This document shows, piece after piece, positions 10,150 through 18,900 of a stretch of 64,000 nucleotides of DNA; the stretch's first letter is position 1, and each line of letters opens with the position of its first letter. The translations under genes were made by a program, and so were the position numbers. Where the stretch lies: assembly GCA_963662665.2 (NCBI GenBank), contig CAXXJS010000028.1:32001-96000 (forward strand). The letters are read 5' to 3'. The notes under the pieces were generated by a model. The model was not told the origin of the DNA. It did not search any database and worked only from the letters and a program-made list of their open reading frames with translations. Source of the stretch: Candidatus Latescibacterota bacterium. Lineage in GTDB: Bacteria > Latescibacterota > UBA2968 > GCA-2709665.

Positions 10150-11436
10150 TCAGCCGGCGGGTTCCAGGATTTCCTGGCCGCCCATGTAGGGGCGGAGTAC
10201 ATTCGGAATGACTGCCGATCCGTCGGGCCGCTGGCTCTGCTCGACAATGGCGGGAATCAGACGACTTGTCGCCAGGCCTGACGCGTTGAGCGTATGCACG
10301 AATTCATTCCGGCCGGTTTCGGCGCGCTTGAATCGGATGCGGCCGCGCCGGGCCTGATAATCGATCGCGTTGGATGCCGAGCTGACTTCCTTGTATTCCC
10401 CCATGCTCGGAATCCAGATCTCGATGTCGTACGTCTTGGCCATGGACGCGCTGGCGTCCTGCGCCGCCAGTTTTGAAACGCGGTGGTGCAGCTCCAGACC
10501 CTGAACCAGGCCTTCGGCCTTTGCGATCAGTTCTTCCAGGGCCCCGTCGGAGTCTTCGGGACGCGAGAACTGGAAGATTTCAACCTTGTTGAACTGATGC
10601 CCCCGAATCATGCCGCGTTCCTGCGCGCGATAGCTGCCCGCCTCTCTGCGGTAGCAGGGCGTATAGGAAAAGTATTTCCGGGGCAGGTCCGCTTCGGGGA
10701 GGATTTCGTCCCGATGGAAGTTGATCAATGCGGTCTCGGACGTTGGCAACAGGAACCGGGACTCCTTTTCGCTCTCCCATTTCAAATGAAACACGTCGTC
10801 AGCAAATTTGGGAAACTGCCCGGCGGTGTACCCGCATTCATAGGTGAGCAGGTGGGGCGGCAGGACGAATTCGTAGCCGTCGCCGAGGTGCGTTTCGACA
10901 AAGTAGTTCAGGAGCGCCCACTCCAGGCGGGCGCCGGCACCTCTGTAGAGCCAGAAGCCGGCGCCGCCCATTTTGACGCCGCGCTCGTAGTCGACCAACC
11001 CCAACGCGGTGACAAGGTCAACGTGGTCTCTGGCGCCCTCGTGCAACGCCGGCCTTTCGCCCCATGACCGAACGACCTCGTTGTTTTCCTTCCCGCCCGC
11101 GGGCACGTCCTCAGCCGGGACATTGGGCAGCAACTCGAGAAAGCTCCGGATACGACGTTCAATCTCCGACAGTTCCGCCTCAAGGGTTCTGATATTCCCG
11201 GAGACCGTCTTCATTTCAGTCTGGATATCGGTCGTGTCCCGGCCTGCCTTCCTCATCTGTGGAATCTGCGCCGAAACCCTGTTACGTCTCTCCCGCAGGC
11301 CCCCGATCTGGGCGATGAGGGCTCTCCTGCTCTGGTCCCACTGCAGCAATTCCGTAAAATCCACCGTGTCCATGCGTTTCAGCAGCGCCTGTCTGACGCC
11401 CCGGGGATCCTTCCGAATCCGGTTCATATCCAGCAT
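10150..11436 (-). CDS. serS: Serine--tRNA ligase
   Basis: LPTSET, YRREAG, RGHQFNKVE, TYDIEIWIP, EVSSASN, VHTLNASGLA. Confidence 0.97.
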   Translation of the reverse strand: MLDMNRIRKDPRGVRQALLKRMDTVDFTELLQWDQSRRALIAQIGGLRERRNRVSAQIPQMRKAGRDTTDIQTEMKTVSGNIRTLEAELSEIERRIRSFLELLPNVPAEDVPAGGKENNEVVRSWGERPALHEGARDHVDLVTALGLVDYERGVKMGGAGFWLYRGAGARLEWALLNYFVETHLGDGYEFVLPPHLLTYECGYTAGQFPKFADDVFHLKWESEKESRFLLPTSETALINFHRDEILPEADLPRKYFSYTPCYRREAGSYRAQERGMIRGHQFNKVEIFQFSRPEDSDGALEELIAKAEGLVQGLELHHRVSKLAAQDASASMAKTYDIEIWIPSMGEYKEVSSASNAIDYQARRGRIRFKRAETGRNEFVHTLNASGLATSRLIPAIVEQSQRPDGSAVIPNVLRPYMGGQEILEPAG

Positions 11437-11456
11437 ATCGATACCGCCTCACTGTG

Positions 11457-11531
11457 TTGCTTGCACTGAGCTTGTCGAATTGCCTTCGCTTGTCCGAAAC
11501 GTGGTCTTTGCCTGCGCTGAGCTTGTCGAAA
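11457..11531. repeat. Two copies of TTGCYTGCRCTGAGCTTGTCGAA (REP-like intergenic motif)
   Basis: Copies at ~11457-11479 and ~11508-11530; related CCCTTCGACAGGCACAGGG inside a hairpin at ~3980-4020. Confidence 0.6.
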
Positions 11532-11963
11532 CGTCGAAATGCCGGCGTTATCGCTCCCATGGGTTGGAACTTTCGCCACACCCAAACGTCCCCCTTTTCA
11601 CTTGCCCTTCTTCAAGCGTCGGTGAGAGGGTAGAGGTAAGTCACGGCAGAAGTGAGAGAATCGGGTAGAAGGGAGACGGTAGACGGTAGAAGAAATCTTC
11701 GCCCGGTATGTTGTTCCTCCTTGCCTCCGGCACGAGAAGAAACCTCACGAGGCAGGCAATCTCTCCCGTCTCCCGGCTTACGTCTTCCCGCCTTTAGCTG
11801 ATGGCCGTTTTCAATGCACGGGTGGAATACACCAGATTTTTCACACTGTGTGGTGTATTTGAACACATTGTACTGCTATTGTCGGCGTTCTGATGTCAGC
11901 CCGTGCCCCGAAAACGCCCTCAAACGCTCAAAAATAGAAAACATGGTACTCGCGTTTCATTTT

Positions 11964-11978
11964 TGGCACGATATTCGC
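11964..11978 (+). promoter_or_regulatory. Sigma54 (-24/-12) promoter
   Basis: TGGCACGATATTCGC fits TGGCACG-N4-TTGC with one mismatch and exact GG-N10-GC spacing. Confidence 0.65.
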
Positions 11979-12044
11979 TGATGTATTTCGGGTGATTGTA
12001 CTTACCGATATCTTTCTGTCACCCCTTTACGCAAGAGGCCCGAA

Positions 12045-12215
12045 ATGGTTCTCAAAGCAGCGCTGAATCCACGCGACCGCCTGGCTTTTCTGGCGCTTTA
12101 TTATGCGATCCGCGGCAACGAGGAGAGATCGGAACAGCTGAGGCGGGTGGTACGCCGGCACGATCAGGCCGTGATGGGCCGCCCGCAGGTGCACGGGATG
12201 CCGGTGGCCTTTTGA
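12045..12215 (+). CDS. Small hypothetical protein, 56 aa (below the ORF-track cutoff)
   Basis: MVLKAALNPRDRLAFLALYYAIRGNEERSEQLRRVVRRHDQAVMGRPQVHGMPVAF; AAGAGG RBS; sigma54 motif upstream. Confidence 0.55.
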   Translation: MVLKAALNPRDRLAFLALYYAIRGNEERSEQLRRVVRRHDQAVMGRPQVHGMPVAF

Positions 12216-12317
12216 ACTTGAAATCAGGCGCCGGTTACACCTCTTGAACGACAGGCCATAAATGATGGTCTGTCGTTCTTATTTCCCTCCCGAAGACCGG
12301 CCTCGTCCTACCTGGCG

Positions 12318-13298
12318 CTACGCCAGGATTTTCCGGATGTTGAATTTCTCGTGGGGAAGTGTCTGCCGGGTGATCATATCCGCCAGGAGGCCGGTACACA
12401 CGAACTGAACCCCCAGTACGGACATCAGGATTCCAAGAAAGAGAAGCGGATGGCGGTTCTGAATGGTTCCCGTGCGAAGCCAGAGCAGAGCAATAAAACC
12501 ATTGACAGCAACGCCGAGTGCGCTCAGGATAATTCCGATGGTTCCGAACAGGTGTAACGGACGTCCGATATAACGACCCAGGTACATAACGGTAAGCAGA
12601 TCCAGAAAACCCTTGAACAGCCGCGTCCATCCGTACTTGGTCACGCCGAAGCGGCGTGGACGGTGCTGTATGACGATTTCGTCGATCCGGTAGCCTTCCA
12701 TGTGGGCGAGAACGGGAATGTACCGATGGAGTTCACCGTATATCTTGATGTCTCGGACAACCTCGCTGCGAAAGGCTTTGAGACCGCAGTTGAAGTCGTG
12801 GATGGGAATGCCCGATAGCCGCCCCGTAATCCAGTTGAAGAACCTGGATGGAACGGTTTTACTGAGGGGGTCGAAACGCTTCTTCTTCCACCCGGAAACC
12901 AGGTCGAGGCCACTATCGATTTTTTCGATCAGGCGGGGGATTTCCGCCGGATCGTCCTGCAGATCGGCATCCATGGTGATGATCGTCCGGCCCGCCGCCA
13001 TGTCGAATCCCGCGGCGTACGCCGCGGCCTTGCCAAAGTTGCGGCGGAACTGGATGACTTTCACTTCCTCGTGGGCGTCGTGGAGTTCCCCCAGAACCCT
13101 CATGGAGCCATCGGTACTGCCATCGTCTATGAAAATGGCCTCGAAACGAGACCCGGTAGCCGCCATGGTTTCCCGGACCTGTTCCATGAGTGGACGAAGG
13201 CTTTCCGCTTCGTTCAGGAGCGGAATCACAATGGAAATGTCAACGGCGTCCGCGGCCGGGTTATTGAATTCGATTGGAGGTTCGGTATGCGTATCCAT
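12318..13298 (-). CDS. Glycosyltransferase family 2, ArnC/GtrB-like polyprenol-phosphate glycosyltransferase
   Basis: ISIVIPLLNE, DDGSTD, RNFGKAAA, TMDADLQDDP, DFNCGLKA; two C-terminal TM helices. Confidence 0.9.
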   Translation of the reverse strand: MDTHTEPPIEFNNPAADAVDISIVIPLLNEAESLRPLMEQVRETMAATGSRFEAIFIDDGSTDGSMRVLGELHDAHEEVKVIQFRRNFGKAAAYAAGFDMAAGRTIITMDADLQDDPAEIPRLIEKIDSGLDLVSGWKKKRFDPLSKTVPSRFFNWITGRLSGIPIHDFNCGLKAFRSEVVRDIKIYGELHRYIPVLAHMEGYRIDEIVIQHRPRRFGVTKYGWTRLFKGFLDLLTVMYLGRYIGRPLHLFGTIGIILSALGVAVNGFIALLWLRTGTIQNRHPLLFLGILMSVLGVQFVCTGLLADMITRQTLPHEKFNIRKILA

Positions 13299-13476
13299 AG
13301 TATGATGCCCGCGATCAGCGGCAGGCAATTGGCCCCTCCCGTCACTCCCGGGCGAGAGCCTGCAGATTAGAGCCACCTCTCCCTTTCACGTCTCAACGTC
13401 TCCTTCTTGCGGCTTCTCAAGATAGCAAAGTAGGACCCGGTTTTCAAGTCCTGTATCCGGATGCCGCGGTTACGTC

Positions 13477-15885
13477 TTACTGAACCGCCGAGTCGTCAGC
13501 CGCCCCTGGAAGCTGTTTCAGATCGACGAAGAAGCGCTTTCGATCACGGTTTCCAATCCCGTCCACAACGTCCAGCGTGTGCCATCCCCTTGAGAGTTCC
13601 GCGGCCAATACATGACGGCCGCGGCTGTATCCCATATACCGGTCGTCCAGGTACCAATACAGGATTCGATCCCGCTCTCTATGAGCCACCCGCATCGCAA
13701 TCTTCTGCCGCCCTCCGCCGAAGTCTCTGGGGAGCCACAGCCTGGCGTTCTGTTGCGGGTAAGTGATCTTCAGGGGATGGGGCCCGGTCCCGGCCGGACA
13801 ATCCGGTTTGTGCGGAGGAACCACGCCCGGAACATGGCCGCGTTCCCTCAAGAATTCCGCGACCTCTGCGGGAAAGACAAGCCGGCGCACGGAACGGCGG
13901 CCCTTCGGTTGCCAGCAGAGCGAACACACGCGGTGGCTCCCGTCCAACGTCACTTGAAGGGTCCGGTGATAGGGACACGTTCGGAGGGGTTTCATATGTG
14001 ATGGCGCCTGAACGGAAACCGGGCGCTCGCAGTGCGGGCCCGCCCGGAATCCCGTATCCGCGCAAAGCTCTGGACGTCCCAGGTCGGCAACCGGCACATC
14101 GATCCAGGCGTGTTCGCGTCGCTTCGGCAGCATATTGAACAGGTCGAAGAGGAGCGGCGCCGCCGAACTGGCGCCCGTGAGGTTCGCATTCCCGCGACCG
14201 CTGAAATTGCCGATCCAGACCGCCACCGTCCACTCGGGGCTGACGCCGACCGCCCAGGCGTCCCGCTTCCCGTAGCTGGTCCCCGTCTTCCAGGCGACCG
14301 GCCACTGGTTCTGGTACTGATGCCAGTAATATTCCGCACCCGGCCGCTTGAGATCTCGGAGCATGTTGAGTGTGAGAAAACAGGCGCCGGGACTGATGAG
14401 CGCCGGACCCTCTGCGGCGGGCGTCCCGGCGAGTACCCTGAGCGGACTGAACCTGCCTCCTTTGGCCAGCGCGCGGTAGCAAAGCGCCATATCCCACAGG
14501 CGGACCTCAACCCCACCGAGAATCATCGGCAGCCCGTAGTCGCCGGAGGACCTGAAAAGCGTTGTCAGCCCCGCGGATTTCAGAAACCCGTAAAACGGAT
14601 CCATCCCGTACTTACCAAGCAATCGGACCGCGGGCACGTTCAGGGAACGAACGAGCGCCTCCCTGGCCGACACCAGACCGTTAAAATCCCCATCCGCGTT
14701 CCCCGGTGAATACCCGCCGTAGTGTATGGGAAGATCTCGAATCCGCGTCTGGGGCAGCAACAGCCCCTCGTCCATGGCCAGGGCGAACAGAAACGGTTTG
14801 AGCAGAGAGCCGGAGGACCTTGCGGCCGCTACACCGTCCACCTGCCCCTGGTTCCGGTTGTCGAGGAACCCCTGGGACCCAACGTACGCGCGCACCTTCC
14901 CCGTACGGGTCTCGGCAATCAGGGCAGCGCCGTTGTGGACGCCCATGCGCCGCATAAAGGCGGTATGTCGATCGACGAGTTCCGCGCTTTGTTTCTGAAT
15001 ATCCCGTTGAACGGTGGTCCTTATATACGTACTCCGGTGTCGTGACGCCAGTCGGCGGGCCAGATGCGGCGCGTCCATCGGCAACGGCCGTACGCCTTCC
15101 GGGACCTTTTCGAGCCTCGCCAGTCCAAAGGTCTCAACGTCTATCACCCCTTCGTCCAGAAGCCGGTTCAGAAGCCGGTTGCGCCTGATCCGCAGTTTTT
15201 CGGGGTTGGCAAGCGGCGATATCAGCCCGGGCGCGTTCGGAAGAACCGCCAGCGTGGCAGCCTCTCCCCAGGTCAGCCGTTCGGGCGACTTGCCGAAATA
15301 CCGTTGCGCGGCCGAGCGGTACCCAACAATATTGCCGCCATAGGGCGCGTGATCCAGATAGAGGTTCAGGATCTGCTTCTTGTCATAATGCAGCTCAATC
15401 TTCAATGCCTGGAGCGCCTCCAGCGCCTTGTTGACGTACGTCCTTCTCCCGGACGACGTCATCCGGGCAACCTGCATCGTCAGTGTACTCGCGCCGCTGA
15501 CGACATCTCCCGAACGGATATTCTGATAGACGGCCCGGAGCAGCGCCAGTGGATCCACGCCGGGATGGCTGTAAAAGCGACGGTCCTCGAAATGGAGAAC
15601 CGCCTGTTCCAGGGTGCGAGGAACAACGGCCTCCGCCCGATGCGGGAAGCACCACTGTTCGTCGCGATTCAAGAACATCCGCAGGATCCGTCCCTGTTCG
15701 TCCAGAACAACCGTGCTGTAGTCAGGTTCAAAAAGCGGATCCGGCAGTGGAATGGATACGTAGATCGCCGCGGAGAAGAGAAGCAGCGTAAGAAAGATCC
15801 CCATCTTTGCGCGCCTGCTACATGCCGGAAGGGTCCCGGGACGCCTCCTTCCCCTGGCCGCTATCCGCCACCGCTGCCAAGACAT
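13477..15885 (-). CDS. pbpC: Penicillin-binding protein 1C (start uncertain, could be ~15804 or 15975)
   Basis: EDRRFYSHPGVD, SGASTLTMQVAR, RSSGSLLKPF, SLNVPAV, KTGTSYG; adjacent to alpha-2-macroglobulin. Confidence 0.92.
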   Translation of the reverse strand: MSWQRWRIAARGRRRPGTLPACSRRAKMGIFLTLLLFSAAIYVSIPLPDPLFEPDYSTVVLDEQGRILRMFLNRDEQWCFPHRAEAVVPRTLEQAVLHFEDRRFYSHPGVDPLALLRAVYQNIRSGDVVSGASTLTMQVARMTSSGRRTYVNKALEALQALKIELHYDKKQILNLYLDHAPYGGNIVGYRSAAQRYFGKSPERLTWGEAATLAVLPNAPGLISPLANPEKLRIRRNRLLNRLLDEGVIDVETFGLARLEKVPEGVRPLPMDAPHLARRLASRHRSTYIRTTVQRDIQKQSAELVDRHTAFMRRMGVHNGAALIAETRTGKVRAYVGSQGFLDNRNQGQVDGVAAARSSGSLLKPFLFALAMDEGLLLPQTRIRDLPIHYGGYSPGNADGDFNGLVSAREALVRSLNVPAVRLLGKYGMDPFYGFLKSAGLTTLFRSSGDYGLPMILGGVEVRLWDMALCYRALAKGGRFSPLRVLAGTPAAEGPALISPGACFLTLNMLRDLKRPGAEYYWHQYQNQWPVAWKTGTSYGKRDAWAVGVSPEWTVAVWIGNFSGRGNANLTGASSAAPLLFDLFNMLPKRREHAWIDVPVADLGRPELCADTGFRAGPHCERPVSVQAPSHMKPLRTCPYHRTLQVTLDGSHRVCSLCWQPKGRRSVRRLVFPAEVAEFLRERGHVPGVVPPHKPDCPAGTGPHPLKITYPQQNARLWLPRDFGGGRQKIAMRVAHRERDRILYWYLDDRYMGYSRGRHVLAAELSRGWHTLDVVDGIGNRDRKRFFVDLKQLPGAADDSAVQ

Positions 15886-15976
15886 ATTATCAGCTCCTGC
15901 GAAAGAATACCGTTCGGCGAACCGCCCCTGCAAATACAAGGCATCCGTGAATTGACGACGACAGCCCGAAGGCATT

Positions 15977-18900
15977 CTATCGCTGTTTGACCACGACCCG
16001 TTTTCCGGCCGCGGTCGCCCGGTAGGATCGATCGTACATCGCTTCGGCCACCGTTGCGGGCAGCCTGAATGACCCTGCAGTAACCGCGTTCAATCGGACC
16101 ACGAAATCCAGGTGCCTTCGTCTTTCAGCGTCAAGAAACCACATCACCCGGTCGTCGCGCACGTCCAGATATTCCTCGCGGTTCAGATTCAGGCGCTTTG
16201 TCCATTTCGGCGCCGTCCGGTCGGACAGCCGCGGGTTGTCGATTTCCCAACCGGCTGGCAGGACCTGAACCAGCGCAACCTCTTCGATTTTGCGAGCGAC
16301 CGTCATATTGCGGACGCGAAAATGGCCCCAGAAAGCCTCGCCCTGCGACAGTTCCGCGGGATCGACCGGCAAACCCTCATCGTTGCGCCAGGCCACCTCC
16401 AGCTTCAGCTTGCCGGAGGTATCTCCCACGTCGTCCACAAGTGGAACTCCGTCCCAGTCCATTGTTGCAAAAGCCCTCTTGACGGTAGAGGTCGAGTCCA
16501 GAAATATCTCTACTTCCTCGCCGAAGCCGTCTTCAATCTCAACGTGGTGGGCAGGCCGGTCCGTTTCGAACCGCACTACCCGTCCGTCCGGAAGGCGGAT
16601 CGTGCCTGCAAGCACGGAACGGCCGCCGTCCTCGTTGTCGAGAGACCGTAGATATTTGCCCAGAGCAAGAAGCATAAACCCGGTGGTCTGGGTGCTGTGC
16701 CAGCGCCGGGATTTAAGCGCCGCGCCCAATTCTCTGGCGATCTCGTCGGCCTCCGACCAGCGTTCGAACAGCACGAGCGTATTCAGAATGATCGACAGGT
16801 CCCGCAGGCCCGAGCCGTACGTGCCGCCGGATTCGTTATAACGCTTCACCCGCTTGCCCGCGGGGATGAGGATCTGCGCGGCGGTCCGCTCCACGCCGGC
16901 AAGATGATAGGCCGCGGCCAGCATCCACTTCTGGGTGTCGTTCATGTCGTTGATGCCGGTCTCCTTAAGCAGATTCATCGGTCCGATCTGGAATTCGCCG
17001 GCAAGCGCCAGGAGATAGACCCGATAAACCCGTTCCATCAGGTTGTCTTTGGTGGTTAGCGCACGCGATTTTTCATAACGCAGCCAGGTGGCCATCAGGA
17101 CCTGGGGAACGTGGTATCCCAGTTTGCGGGCTTCAATCAGAAAGTGACCCGTGTACAGGGAACCCCAGGGAGAGACCGTCGATCCGCCGGGCCAGTAAGT
17201 GAACCCCCCGGAAACAAGCTTGAATTTCCTCAGCTTGCGGATCGCCGAATTGATGAGCCTGTCGGTGTCCATCGCCGCGTCTCCGGCAAACGTCACGCCG
17301 TCCAGAAGAGTCCCCAGATATAACAGTGGAAAAGCGGCCGAAACCGTCTGCTCGATACATCCGTACGGGTAACGGACCAGCCCGAGCAGCCGATGGGTCA
17401 TCCCCAGATCGGGGCGCCGGCGTATACCCAGGCGGGCGCGATTGGAACCTGGCATTCCTTTGTCCGGCACCGTGAATCGGGCCGTTTCGCCGGGCCGGAT
17501 GTCCTCATCCTCCGCCGCGTAGATCCTGGGTGACGATGGACGGACCCTCACGTCTGTTACATGGTCCGCGGCAACGTTCGACGCTTCTGCCGTAACAACC
17601 ACCCGCGCCTGCCCCACCGCCGCTGCCGCCTGAAGCGTAAACGATAGGTCCCGCTCCCCCGTTTCTGCAAAGTCCAGTTCCCGCCGGACCGGGCCGACAA
17701 CCGATACCGGGCCCTCGGTCTGTATCGAAACTACGGTCGTTCCGATACTGTCGACCATCGCGAAAACAGTCACGGGGACGTCAACGCGATCCCCCGGCCC
17801 AAGTACACGGGGCAGCGTGGGCATCACCATCAGGTCGGTCTTCACCGGAACGGATGTCTCTGCCTTGCCGTATCGTCCGCCGGCGGCGGAAACGGCCATC
17901 ACCCGCACCGAACCCGTGTAGTCGGGCATGTCGAAATCAACGGTAGCCCGTCCCATCGCGTCGGTTTCGATGGGCCCCTTGAACAGCGATACCGCCTTGA
18001 ATCGCTTCCCGCGTTCCGGCTCCAGCTGGGAAGCCCTGTACGCGAATCCGCCGCCCACGGCAAAGGTCTTGAAGACGTCCCCCTTATTCGCGCCAATGAC
18101 GTGGGAATAGACGTCGTGCGTCACCACCCCCAGGCGACGCTTCCTGTAAAACGACTTCCAGGCGTCCGGCGTGGAAAACCCCGTGAGCGCCAGCAGCCCC
18201 TCGTCCACAACCGCAAGCGTGAACTGGGCCGGCTGCCCGTCGCCCGTCTCCACCTGAATCTGAAACGGGGACTCGGGCCTGAGTTCGCCCGGCATGCGAA
18301 TGGAGATTTCCTGGCGGGTATGGGGATCGCTTACATTGAGCGGAACGACGCCGTACAGGCGAATCGGTCGATCGTTCAACGTCTGACTGAACGGCTGGAG
18401 AACCGACACGGCAACGTATGCCGTGGGCGCCATTTCCCGTGTGACGGACACCGGAACCCGGAACTCGCCGCGATGACCGTCCGGTTCGTACCATCGGGTC
18501 TGCAGAACGCGACTGTCCTGTTCCACCGAGACCAGAATCGCGCCACGTCGTGGCGCGGGAAACGTCACCAGTGCCGAATCGCCGGGGGCGTATGACTTCC
18601 TGTCGGTCTTGAGCGCCAGCATGCCTGCCGATTTCGGATCAGCCTGCGCCTGGCCCCATGGATATGCGCGCATGAAGAACGCGGCGGTATGGCCGCCCTC
18701 CTCCTGCACCTCGATCAGGTACTCGCCCCGTTGCTCGGGCGTAAACACAAGCGGTACGGGCGTTGATTGCGAGAAAATCGAACCGCTTTCGATCTGTTCG
18801 GTGTACTGATCTGTCTTGAACCGAAGGCGAAACTGGTCCCGGGACTCGTATTCCCACCACCAGTGCCCCGTGCTTCTGTAAATGCGATATTCAAGCGGCA

